20,000 bases of DNA from an uncultured virus (IMG/VR IMGVR_UViG_3300025066_001240) (IMGVR_UViG_3300025066_001240); one strand, 5' to 3'; positions 1 to 7,401 are shown, numbered from the stretch's first letter. Translations and numbers: made by a program. Notes: generated by a model from the letters alone, not told the origin.

Positions 1-25
1 CTTCTATTTTACTCTTCATACCAAG

Positions 26-98
26 CGACTCCGACCGGATTCGAACCGACATTTTCCACATCGACAGTGTGGGGCATTAACCATTATGCTACAGAGCC
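26..98 (-). tRNA. tRNA-Asp (GTC)
   Basis: Reverse complement folds as a cloverleaf: GGCTCTG/CGGAGTC acceptor, CCACA-CTGTCGA-TGTGG anticodon arm, TTCGAAT T-loop, G73; no encoded CCA. Confidence 0.93.
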
Positions 99-101
99 TT
101 A

Positions 102-317
102 TCATCTAAAGTATCTTCTTGTTAAGTTAGCGAGTGTTAAAACCGCGAAGAAGGCCGATAACAAACATGTCAACACAGCCATAACCGCGTTGTGATGATA
201 AGCACTAAGAAAGAAGAGGAATAAGTAGATTACTAAGCATATTATGCTCATAATCAGTTCTACTACGTTGGATGTATCTGGACCCTGTTCATACTTAGGA
301 GGGTCATATGGACTCAT
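102..317 (-). CDS. small membrane protein (two hydrophobic segments)
   Basis: 71-aa ORF, ATGA overlap with the upstream gene, two hydrophobic stretches, basic C-terminus. Confidence 0.7.
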   Translation of the reverse strand: MSPYDPPKYEQGPDTSNVVELIMSIICLVIYLFLFFLSAYHHNAVMAVLTCLLSAFFAVLTLANLTRRYFR

Positions 318-895
318 TCCAGAAACTTCTTAATTGTACTGAGGCCAGCCCCATTGATCATTTGGGGTGTTCCACCCGATTGTACGGCAACTATAGCACC
401 CTTATATTGAGCAGATGCTCCAGATAATCCATTTACAGCCTTTCCATGTGCCGTCCATAGATGCTCACCATCAGTTGTCGTCCACCCCTTATCGTAAGTG
501 GTGTAGTTGTGTTTTTGTTTGTCTAAGTAATGATAACCCGTAACATTTACCGTGGTGTATTTTTGCGGCTCTTTATCTGCGAGGGGAACCGCCTCCACCT
601 CTATTTTACCCTTGACCTCCACCAACGCTAAGTCCCACACCTTATGCTGCTTCAGTAACTTTGCTGGAAATGAACACTCATTCCCTTTGTGGTAGAAAGA
701 TACACTTGTTGTTTGGTTTGGTATTAGAAAAAATCCGCGACCACATGTTAATATGAGGGTTTTTTCATCGTCTGATTCTATCACGGTCCCAGAGAACGAA
801 GCACCCTCCTCACGGTGGACCCTTACAACTGAGTCAAAATCTTCAGCCACGATGGGCATCAGGAGTAAGAAAAACGTGATTAGACTCTTGAACAT
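314..895 (-). CDS. exported trypsin-like serine protease homologue (catalytic His position is Arg)
   Basis: Start re-assigned to MFKSLITFFLLL (signal-peptide-like) because the longer ORF overlaps a tRNA-like element; motifs SGTVI, LILTCGR, WDLALV, GLSGA. Confidence 0.7.
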   Translation of the reverse strand: MFKSLITFFLLLMPIVAEDFDSVVRVHREEGASFSGTVIESDDEKTLILTCGRGFFLIPNQTTSVSFYHKGNECSFPAKLLKQHKVWDLALVEVKGKIEVEAVPLADKEPQKYTTVNVTGYHYLDKQKHNYTTYDKGWTTTDGEHLWTAHGKAVNGLSGASAQYKGAIVAVQSGGTPQMINGAGLSTIKKFLE

Positions 896-933
896 ATTAT
901 GGTTTCCTTTACTATCCTTTGTTTTGAAAAAAC

Positions 934-1056
934 TTAACGCAATGGGATTTGAACCCATAACACCATCACCCAACCTATCACAGCCAGTCACTGGCACCGT
1001 CTCAGGACGGCGTGTCTACTAACAGGAATCGCTTCCGGTATTTCCACCATGCGTTA
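934..1056 (-). ncRNA. aberrant tRNA-Leu-like RNA (4-nt anticodon loop, D-loop hairpin insertion, extended variable region)
   Basis: Perfect TAACGCA/TGCGTTA acceptor, A73, ATGGG-TTCAAAT-CCCAT T-arm, Leu-type GTGGAA...GTAGACAC D region, CCGTC-CTGA-GACGG arm. Confidence 0.7.
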
Positions 1057-1057
1057 A

Positions 1058-1131
1058 TAGCACCGACAGGAGTCGAACCTGCAACATTTGCATTCTAAGT
1101 GCAACGCCTCTGCCAGTTGGGCTACGATGCC
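1058..1131 (-). tRNA. tRNA-Leu (TAG) with short variable loop
   Basis: GGCATCG/CGGTGCT acceptor, TTGCA-CTTAGAA-TGCAA anticodon arm, 5-nt variable loop ATGTT, GCAGG-TTCGACT-CCTGT T-arm, A73. Confidence 0.88.
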
Positions 1132-1137
1132 ATGTTT

Positions 1138-1386
1138 TTAGTCTGAGTTATCAACACTCGCGACTAGTTTGTAAGTAATATCATCCTCTTTTACCAAGAG
1201 TTCATTTGAACCCAAGAATCCACGGCCCACAAAACCCACTTGAATTCCCACGGCTTCTAAAGCCTGACGAACCCTGATATCCAGAAACCCACGGGCCAGC
1301 TTACCGTCCATCTCCCGCTTATTTGCCGCCTCCAGATCTCGTTCACGTTCCGCGTCTGTACGTCTATCCTGAAAATCACCGAACAT
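1138..1386 (-). CDS. hypothetical protein
   Basis: 82-aa ORF packed between neighbours on the coding strand. Confidence 0.7.
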   Translation of the reverse strand: MFGDFQDRRTDAERERDLEAANKREMDGKLARGFLDIRVRQALEAVGIQVGFVGRGFLGSNELLVKEDDITYKLVASVDNSD

Positions 1387-1389
1387 AGT

Positions 1390-1734
1390 TTATTCCCTTT
1401 CCATTGTAATACTTGTTGCCGCAAAAACTAAACCAAACATTTCCTTACGCCAAATGGTTTCTCCGTGACCAACAGGGATGAGGTCAATATCAGACAGCAT
1501 CCACTCATCAAGAATGTCGTCATAGGTCTTACCTAGTTCTGCCCACTCTTCTGTTTGAAAGCAAGACCACACTATTGTACGGTCTTCATAGATCGTGGTC
1601 AATTCAATTGACTGAGGAAATCTCTTTGAACCAGTTGAGCTACACACGCTTGTAATCATATTCAACAAAGGGTCAAGATTCCAAGTCGTCTGGAGTTCTA
1701 CTCTGTCTGGTCTTCCTAGTGTCATCTTGGTCAT
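1390..1734 (-). CDS. hypothetical protein
   Basis: 114-aa ORF, ATGA overlap with the HNH gene. Confidence 0.7.
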   Translation of the reverse strand: MTKMTLGRPDRVELQTTWNLDPLLNMITSVCSSTGSKRFPQSIELTTIYEDRTIVWSCFQTEEWAELGKTYDDILDEWMLSDIDLIPVGHGETIWRKEMFGLVFAATSITMERE

Positions 1735-2039
1735 ATTCTACCTTTATACTTACTGTTAAACCGTTTGAACTTAACCAGTCTCATCATATGCCTGAACATA
1801 GGCACAAACTTCTTCCAGTTCGACAAGTCGAACGTATTACTAGCGTGAACACTTATGATATGACAACACCTACACAAGCTCACACCGTTGTCTAAATCAT
1901 ACGCCTTATCTGGATACAAACTCTTTGGGTAAATGTGGTGTGCTTCTATTGTACCCACCCGACCGCACATTTGACATGTGTTTTTGTCTCTAATCCTTAC
2001 GGCCTTAGACCATTTTCTTAGTGAGTAAGTATTGAACAC
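1731..2039 (-). CDS. small HNH endonuclease
   Basis: RD..TCQMCG...EAHHI...NGVSLCRCCH zinc/HNH signature; GTG start with GAGGA upstream. Confidence 0.88.
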   Translation of the reverse strand: MFNTYSLRKWSKAVRIRDKNTCQMCGRVGTIEAHHIYPKSLYPDKAYDLDNGVSLCRCCHIISVHASNTFDLSNWKKFVPMFRHMMRLVKFKRFNSKYKGRI

Positions 2040-2057
2040 TCGTTCCTCGTGCTAAAG

Positions 2058-2130
2058 TGCGAGTGACAGGGATCGAACCTGCGACATCCACGTTGGCAAC
2101 GTGACGCTCTACCAACTGAGCTACACACGC
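2058..2130 (-). tRNA. tRNA-Gly (GCC)
   Basis: GCGTGTG/CACTCGC acceptor (one T-T mismatch), TCACG-TTGCCAA-CGTGG anticodon arm, canonical D and T arms. Confidence 0.92.
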
Positions 2131-2133
2131 ATA

Positions 2134-2421
2134 TCATCGCCCATGATACTGCCACATGACTGCGTTACAGAGAGTATGGACGGCACCCTCTGTCATATGT
2201 GTCTTGTGACAATGTTGCAAGTGAACAGGAGTATTCAGGAATCCTGTGGGGAACAATTGCCAATTGATCTCCCGTGCCTGAATATGCTCTGGTGGTTCTT
2301 CCTCAAGGGAACAGCCACACCAATAACACTTGCCCTCTTGCAGTAGAACATATTCATTACGAACACGAGCGTTATCGCCCTTTCGCCAATCCAACGTTCT
2401 GTAATCTACTGGTAAATCCAT
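2134..2421 (-). CDS. endonuclease VII-like (His-Me finger) protein
   Basis: QEGKCYWC...VHLQHCH...GAVHTLCN resembles the endonuclease VII Q.G.C.IC...DHCH..G....LCN pattern. Confidence 0.65.
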   Translation of the reverse strand: MDLPVDYRTLDWRKGDNARVRNEYVLLQEGKCYWCGCSLEEEPPEHIQAREINWQLFPTGFLNTPVHLQHCHKTHMTEGAVHTLCNAVMWQYHGR

Positions 2422-2435
2422 CTTTGTTTCCTAAG

Positions 2436-2461
2436 CACCGCAGCTAAGAATCGAACTTAGT
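2436..2461 (-). pseudogene. tRNA 3' remnant (T-arm plus orphan acceptor strand)
   Basis: CTAAG-TTCGATT-CTTAG hairpin followed by CTGCGGTG; no matching 5' acceptor strand seen. Confidence 0.55.
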
Positions 2462-2492
2462 ATTTTTCTCTACCCACGTTCTACTTTCTAAG

Positions 2493-2575
2493 TGACAGAA
2501 GAAGGAATCGAACCTAAAATGCCGAAAGGCGAGAGATTTACAGTCTCCGGGGCACACCACCTGCCCAATTCTGCC
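2493..2575 (-). tRNA. tRNA-Tyr (GTA), weakened T-stem
   Basis: GGCAGAA/TTCTGTC acceptor, GGAGA-CTGTAAA-TCTCT anticodon arm, long variable arm GCC-TTTC-GGC; T-stem TTAGG/CCTTC has two mismatches. Confidence 0.82.
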
Positions 2576-2632
2576 ATATCTTCCCGAACGGGAATATCAT
2601 ATCCGTTTGTTCCCATGAACCTATCTTCCAAG

Positions 2633-2696
2633 AGGTACCTGAGGGAATCGAACCCCGTTACAAAGGTGCTGCTCTACCTAATTGAGCTAAGGTACC
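2633..2696 (-). pseudogene. tRNA-Thr (TGT)-derived element with internal deletion
   Basis: Perfect GGTACCT/AGGTACC acceptor and D-arm; GCACC-TTTGTAA runs directly into the T-arm, so the 3' anticodon strand and variable loop are missing (64 nt total). Confidence 0.75.
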
Positions 2697-2713
2697 AAGT
2701 TAGGCTAAAAGCC

Positions 2714-3121
2714 TCACAAATCACAATTCTTCTTCTCATCGAGGAACTTCTGGATTAGTTGTCCAGCGACCCCTTTCATCGTGGTCTTTCCCCTATCAGT
2801 TAGCTCGTAGTGGAATTCACCTTCCGGACCAATCAACTGATCAATCAAACCCTTCTCCATGAGACCTTTAAGGGTTTCGTCCACCGCGTTGGAGACAGAA
2901 TCATATGTTAGAGTCATTTGTTTCAAACCAATAGGGTCAGCATCAACCTCGTACTCAAGGGCCTCAAAAATCACTTCGTCTGGATTAACGTTTAGTTTTT
3001 CTAGCCTCTCAATCCACTCCATAGCCAACTCAGCATCCTCGTAAACCCCAAGGGGATCAACGCTGACGGTAAGACCGTTGTCCTCTATCTTCACAAGAAT
3101 GTAGACAATTTCTCCTGACAT
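2714..3121 (-). CDS. acidic protein with C-terminal winged-helix-like segment
   Basis: TLKGLMEKGLI....YELTDRGK resembles the end of a winged HTH; AGGAG upstream. Confidence 0.6.
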   Translation of the reverse strand: MSGEIVYILVKIEDNGLTVSVDPLGVYEDAELAMEWIERLEKLNVNPDEVIFEALEYEVDADPIGLKQMTLTYDSVSNAVDETLKGLMEKGLIDQLIGPEGEFHYELTDRGKTTMKGVAGQLIQKFLDEKKNCDL

Positions 3122-3156
3122 TATTATAATCTCCTAAGAAATTCACGTCTGCCGTA

Positions 3157-3171
3157 TGTTATACACAAAAA
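3157..3171 (-). promoter_or_regulatory. class B promoter motif TTTTTGTGTATAAC
   Basis: Recurs at 3888-3902 and 4578-4592 upstream of gene starts. Confidence 0.6.
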
Positions 3172-3214
3172 CCACTAAGAATCGTCAATTTACCTAAAAA
3201 AGACAAAGTACCCT

Positions 3215-3838
3215 CTAACTGCCTGTTGTCAAGTGTCTCGCATGAATCCTTTGTACCATTGTTAAAAATTGCGAAGTCGTCAAGCCCCTCTTCGCCAGAT
3301 TGCAATCCTCACAAGAAGTTCTACAATTACCTTCTACATACCCCTTAGAGTTATCGATCCTGTCTATGCCGGATAGACTCCTCCTTGAATAACTAGCACC
3401 TCCAGTTTGTCTGGATCTATTATTAGAAGGCTCTAGTCCACAATACCAGCAATCTTTAGTTACAAATGATTTAAACTGATCAAACGATAATTCAAAGTCC
3501 CAGCCCTTCTTTTTACATTTACTCTTGTAGTTGGAATATACTATTGCTGTATGTCTGTCAATGTCGTTGTCGTATTTTAGTCCGTTTTGGTTCCCAAGAA
3601 GCCTACTAGACTTACAATCGTTACAACATATTGTATTTCTACTCACGGTTGCCTTAGCTATAAGGACTCGACGGGTGAACTCTTGACACTTGCCACAAGA
3701 GCACCTACATAAGTACAAATAGTCGTACCTGTGTTTTCCCCATGTTGCTTTGGGACGGACCGCACCTACGTATGTTTCTACGGTAAGTTCTCCAACGGTG
3801 AAACCAAGTAACTCTTCAGCCTTTTCGTTGTCCAACAT
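3215..3838 (-). CDS. free-standing HNH-type homing endonuclease-like protein
   Basis: N-terminal G.LTV...YLCRCSCG module plus CWYCG...GIDRIDNSKGYVEGNC..C..CN, typical of phage homing endonucleases. Confidence 0.82.
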   Translation of the reverse strand: MLDNEKAEELLGFTVGELTVETYVGAVRPKATWGKHRYDYLYLCRCSCGKCQEFTRRVLIAKATVSRNTICCNDCKSSRLLGNQNGLKYDNDIDRHTAIVYSNYKSKCKKKGWDFELSFDQFKSFVTKDCWYCGLEPSNNRSRQTGGASYSRRSLSGIDRIDNSKGYVEGNCRTSCEDCNLAKRGLTTSQFLTMVQRIHARHLTTGS

Positions 3839-3887
3839 ATCAGCAATTCCTCGTGTTTAATACAGTTTTAAATATGTGATGTTACTG

Positions 3888-3902
3888 TATTATACACCAA
3901 AA
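3888..3902 (-). promoter_or_regulatory. class B promoter motif TTTTGGTGTATAATA
   Basis: Lies between the thyX stop and the endonuclease start. Confidence 0.6.
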
Positions 3903-3904
3903 TA

Positions 3905-4540
3905 TCACGAATTTCGCTTAGAAAATGCTTCTAAAGTGAATTTGAAGGGATTTCCCTCAATTTTTTCTACCAAACTAAGCATTTCTTGAGCTACCCCTCT
4001 TATCTCTAATTGGGCATGTTCAGAGTTTCTTAACTTTTGGAAATTCGCGAAACTCCGCATGTTAAACGTCACGTCAGCCTGAATCTGGCTATTGTACGTC
4101 TTAAAAAACCGTGCCGACTCTTTAGCTCGCTTGCGACCCAACTCTTCCGTTAGTTCCTCCAAACAGTGGTGGTACAGTTCATTACCGGCATCCGTGTAGT
4201 CCTTGAGCGTGTCCTGCCACTTCTGAGGCCAATCCTCCGGGATGTAGCACTTATCCTCCTTTAACTCTTTGTAACGTGCTGATTCTCCGTTAAAACTGCT
4301 GATGCGATGTTTTAGCAGATGAATGTGCGTAGCCTGCTCTACATTTACTAGGAAGTGAACGATACCCTTTTCGAATGGAGTTTCATGTCCGTTGGCCCAA
4401 AGCGTCTCTATCATAGCTGGTATTCTTGCTTTCTTTTCGTCCGTCAAATTTCTACTAGTGCTTGTCCAAGCCGAACACGCTATCACCTCGTCAGAACCGT
4501 AGTGTCCAAGTAGTTCTACTTTGTTTTTAAGCTGTCCCAT
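3905..4540 (-). CDS. thyX: flavin-dependent thymidylate synthase
   Basis: GHETPFE, KHRISSFNGESARY (RHRxxSxxxxSxR motif), N.RS..NF..LR...HAQ.EIR. Confidence 0.95.
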   Translation of the reverse strand: MGQLKNKVELLGHYGSDEVIACSAWTSTSRNLTDEKKARIPAMIETLWANGHETPFEKGIVHFLVNVEQATHIHLLKHRISSFNGESARYKELKEDKCYIPEDWPQKWQDTLKDYTDAGNELYHHCLEELTEELGRKRAKESARFFKTYNSQIQADVTFNMRSFANFQKLRNSEHAQLEIRGVAQEMLSLVEKIEGNPFKFTLEAFSKRNS

Positions 4541-4577
4541 TCTATTTTATATTCCTCTGTTTCTTTGTTAAAGGTAA

Positions 4578-4592
4578 TATTATACACAAAAA
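4578..4592 (-). promoter_or_regulatory. class B promoter motif TTTTTGTGTATAATA
   Basis: Upstream of the thyX RBS (GAGGA). Confidence 0.6.
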
Positions 4593-4626
4593 TGGCCTTC
4601 AACCCGAATCTGCTGTACTCATATCT

Positions 4627-5226
4627 TCAGACATTCCACTTCTCCTGAATAAACCAGTTGTCAAACTCACTCTGAACCATAACCACGCCCGGCTTGTTAC
4701 CCATATAGTATATCGGCTTGATCAACCGTTCAACTTTAGCATAATTATAGAATTCTTCAACTTTATCGGGAAACATGATTCCCCATTTGATTTCTCCAGC
4801 ATTTACCTTCGCCTCAATCCTGACCAAGTGCTTATCTAAGTCGTGATCCTTGGGTTTTCTCAAGTCCACCCCACACCGCACAGAGTTGTAGATAAACAGA
4901 ATAGCGGCTCCCTCTCGGATATACGCCTTCAGGTCATTCTCTTTGAGGGTGAACTTCCCCGCCGTTGGAACCCACTTCATTTCGATTGGCAGATCTGATC
5001 GCTTGCGGAAGTCATATTTAATATCCGCCATGAAATCGGCTCCTGCGGTATTGCCGCTCGCGATAAACTCACCGCCGTTCCCACATCCATTATCCCTTGG
5101 GTTCTCCACGACGCCGTCGTCAAGTTGATCCAACCAAGCGTTCCACCAATAGTTCTCCAACAGTGTTGTAAATTTGATATCACGTTTAAAGGTATCCTTT
5201 GTTCTGTTGTCAAATCTACTATTCAT
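4627..5226 (-). CDS. putative PD-(D/E)XK nuclease-fold protein
   Basis: Start re-assigned to MNSRFDNR, overlapping the upstream stop; GADF...PIEMK resembles (P)D...ExK. Confidence 0.55.
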   Translation of the reverse strand: MNSRFDNRTKDTFKRDIKFTTLLENYWWNAWLDQLDDGVVENPRDNGCGNGGEFIASGNTAGADFMADIKYDFRKRSDLPIEMKWVPTAGKFTLKENDLKAYIREGAAILFIYNSVRCGVDLRKPKDHDLDKHLVRIEAKVNAGEIKWGIMFPDKVEEFYNYAKVERLIKPIYYMGNKPGVVMVQSEFDNWFIQEKWNV

Positions 5227-5437
5227 CCCATTTCTCCGGGTCCATACATTCTTCGTAGCCGTCCTGCCACCTCTGAAACATAACATCATCATCTTCTTCG
5301 ATGAAGCAGACCATAAACTCCTGCTCAAACGCTGACCAGAGTTCTTCGGGGAATGTTATATGCACTCCATTGTCATCGACAACATGCGTATGCTTCTTTA
5401 GCATTTCTTGGTACGCTTCTTTGAGATCATGAAACAT
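5219..5437 (-). CDS. hypothetical acidic protein
   Basis: 72-aa ORF, GAGGA upstream, overlaps both neighbours. Confidence 0.7.
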   Translation of the reverse strand: MFHDLKEAYQEMLKKHTHVVDDNGVHITFPEELWSAFEQEFMVCFIEEDDDVMFQRWQDGYEECMDPEKWDE

Positions 5438-5699
5438 TTTTAGTTTCCTCTGCTAATGTATCGCGAATGGCACATTGATATAGAACACCCTGCTCCCAAC
5501 CATTCCAGTGGCGACGGTTTCGCGTACCATTTAGTATCATCTCTTCAATTTTTTCAAGGAACCCCGCAGTGAATTTCTCCATCAGGTTGGCTATGTCTTG
5601 AGTTGAGTCGCTCCAGCCCTCGCCTCTTTCGTCATCACGCTGTTTGATGCAGTCCACTGCTAGTTTGTTTAAGACCGTTTGTTTTGGTATTTTAGACAT
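5427..5699 (-). CDS. hypothetical protein
   Basis: 90-aa ORF, TAATG coupling, GGAGG upstream. Confidence 0.75.
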   Translation of the reverse strand: MSKIPKQTVLNKLAVDCIKQRDDERGEGWSDSTQDIANLMEKFTAGFLEKIEEMILNGTRNRRHWNGWEQGVLYQCAIRDTLAEETKNVS

Positions 5700-5884
5700 T
5701 ATTCCTCCCAGTCAACGGCTATTTGTAAGTAAACTTCAATTTCCTCAACATCTTCGTTCTCATGGAGGTATCTGGCATAATCGACAGCTTCATCCTCACA
5801 TAAGAAAGAGCGTTCTTTTGTTTCCCAATCGGCTCCTGCTAACCCAGCATCAAACCAATCGTGCCACTTAACTAAGTATTTCAC
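5699..5884 (-). CDS. hypothetical acidic protein
   Basis: 61-aa ORF, GTG start, GGAG upstream. Confidence 0.7.
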   Translation of the reverse strand: MKYLVKWHDWFDAGLAGADWETKERSFLCEDEAVDYARYLHENEDVEEIEVYLQIAVDWEE

Positions 5885-5933
5885 GTTATTTCATCTCCAA
5901 ATGCTACTCATAGTCAAACCACTCCTTTAAACA

Positions 5934-6146
5934 TTACCAACCCCTTTTCTTTCCAGTGACTTCTTTGAGGGCGTTGATAGCATCTCCGAAGTATTTGAAC
6001 TGAGTTTTTGTTAGGGCAATCTGTTCACCCAACTTTTCCAGATCCTGCATAGCCTTGTCAACCAAGACCAGCCCAGTAGAGAGACCTGCTCTCCACTCTT
6101 GTATCTCTGCTTCTTCCAGTGCTTGTGCTTTTCTACCGCAACCCAT
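5934..6146 (-). CDS. hypothetical coiled-coil-like protein
   Basis: Likely start at MGCGRK (ATG 6146) with GGAGA upstream. Confidence 0.65.
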   Translation of the reverse strand: MGCGRKAQALEEAEIQEWRAGLSTGLVLVDKAMQDLEKLGEQIALTKTQFKYFGDAINALKEVTGKKRGW

Positions 6147-6227
6147 TAGTCTCTCCAAAAATTGACAACTTCAACACCCAACTTTTTTGCTTCCCCAACG
6201 GTATACAGTCTTCGGGACACTCACTAC

Positions 6228-6255
6228 AGTATAACACTCATATCGGCTTTGTCAA
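6228..6255 (-). promoter_or_regulatory. class A promoter TTGACA-N16-TATACT with CGATA box
   Basis: TTGACA AAGCCGATATGAGTGT TATACT. Confidence 0.75.
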
Positions 6256-6387
6256 GAAGTTAAATCCACAAAACTTGGCAAAATGCAAAGTATTATCAGG
6301 ACTTGTCGGACCCATCCACAGTTGACCCTCACTATCTACCCACATTGCCGGGTCTTCGTATGTGGTATTGTCTTTAAACTTCCTCAC
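6238..6387 (-). CDS. possible 49-aa protein not in the ORF track
   Basis: GTG start with GAGG upstream; MRKFKDNTTYEDPAMWVDSEGQLWMG...; fills the intergenic gap. Confidence 0.4.
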   Translation of the reverse strand: MRKFKDNTTYEDPAMWVDSEGQLWMGPTSPDNTLHFAKFCGFNFLTKPI

Positions 6388-6607
6388 GGTCTGCCTCGGT
6401 GTATTCCAGTTTCCTAACCCATTCAGCTACGTGGGTATCCTCAGGGTCAGCATGATCACGAATCCAATCGACAGCAGCACTAATAGCTGCGTTCCACGTT
6501 TCAATACAAAGGGTTCCCTCGCTCAGACCCGTCTCTGGCGTTGGGTTCAGAGGGCCACGCCAGCCGCTATCTTCTCGCCAGAACTTATTAAGTGGGTGCT
6601 CATTCAT
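6374..6607 (-). CDS. hypothetical protein
   Basis: 77-aa ORF, ATGA overlap. Confidence 0.65.
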   Translation of the reverse strand: MNEHPLNKFWREDSGWRGPLNPTPETGLSEGTLCIETWNAAISAAVDWIRDHADPEDTHVAEWVRKLEYTEADREEV

Positions 6608-7086
6608 TTTAATTCACCTTTCATCCATTCGCCCCTCGTTACCTTAGCGGCGACCTTGTTTCTGTAATTACTCCAGTCGTAATCGTCTGTTGGAGTTTCA
6701 ATGAAGTACAACTCGTCACCCATAAATAGGTAGTCATCAGGTTTGATCATCGCGGCTTCCGTTAGGGTCACATTACACATGCGAACATGACCCCATAGAC
6801 TGACATATCTTTGACCTGCAAACATTGACGAACCTCCCTCTGTTACTATACCGTCGTGAAAAACTTTACCGCTAGGGTCAACATGAACCCTGCCGGTAAT
6901 CCCAGCCATCCCAGATTCCACTATGTCACCGGCTAGGTGTTTGATAAGCACAGTACGAGGCCCAACTACGTGAGCACCGTGAGCAACAATATAAGCGTCG
7001 ATTGCTGTCGCCACCTCGTCAGCACTTAGATGGATATCAACTCCGGGACCATATGCGGACACCCCTTTACCTTGTTCAATTTTCAT
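6604..7086 (-). CDS. hypothetical protein (probably leaderless mRNA)
   Basis: 160-aa ORF whose ATG begins 7 nt after TATAAT. Confidence 0.75.
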   Translation of the reverse strand: MKIEQGKGVSAYGPGVDIHLSADEVATAIDAYIVAHGAHVVGPRTVLIKHLAGDIVESGMAGITGRVHVDPSGKVFHDGIVTEGGSSMFAGQRYVSLWGHVRMCNVTLTEAAMIKPDDYLFMGDELYFIETPTDDYDWSNYRNKVAAKVTRGEWMKGELK

Positions 7087-7092
7087 ACCCTT

Positions 7093-7120
7093 ATTATACC
7101 TTTCGTTTGGTGAATGTCAA
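7093..7120 (-). promoter_or_regulatory. class A promoter TTGACA-N16-TATAAT
   Basis: TTGACA TTCACCAAACGAAAGG TATAAT; lacks the CGAT box. Confidence 0.78.
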
Positions 7121-7161
7121 CCCTGACTCTTTATGGATCAACTACCACATGTTCCACTTGC

Positions 7162-7401
7162 TCATTTCTTAATCCCAATCTTTGCTAGTATGTTGTTCTT
7201 AAATGAAACCGTCAAATGTCTCTGGTCATCAACTACATAACCAATCACACAACCGTAGTAGTAGTCGCAATCGTTCTTCTCGTTGTAGATCTTCTCAGCC
7301 TCACAAGGGTCTTCAGCGTCAATCAGTTGACCGTGACTGTACTCAATTCTTGGGTGTTCCATTGCACCGCCCGTCTGTAATGCTACGATGTACTTAGTCA
7401 T
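7162..7401 (-). CDS. hypothetical protein
   Basis: 79-aa ORF with AAGGG upstream. Confidence 0.7.
   Translation of the reverse strand: MTKYIVALQTGGAMEHPRIEYSHGQLIDAEDPCEAEKIYNEKNDCDYYYGCVIGYVVDDQRHLTVSFKNNILAKIGIKK

Noticed and set aside
896..997. N-terminal extension of the 314..997 ORF
   Set aside because: Overlaps the tRNA-like element; the signal peptide starts at the ATG at 895
1058..1131. Amber suppressor tRNA / stop-codon recoding
   Set aside because: The anticodon is TAG (reads CUA), not CTA, and TAG terminates intact genes such as rIIA, rIIB and the phosphoesterase
2581..2594. TTCCC-GAAC-GGGAA hairpin between tRNA-Tyr and the Thr remnant
   Set aside because: Too short to assign any function
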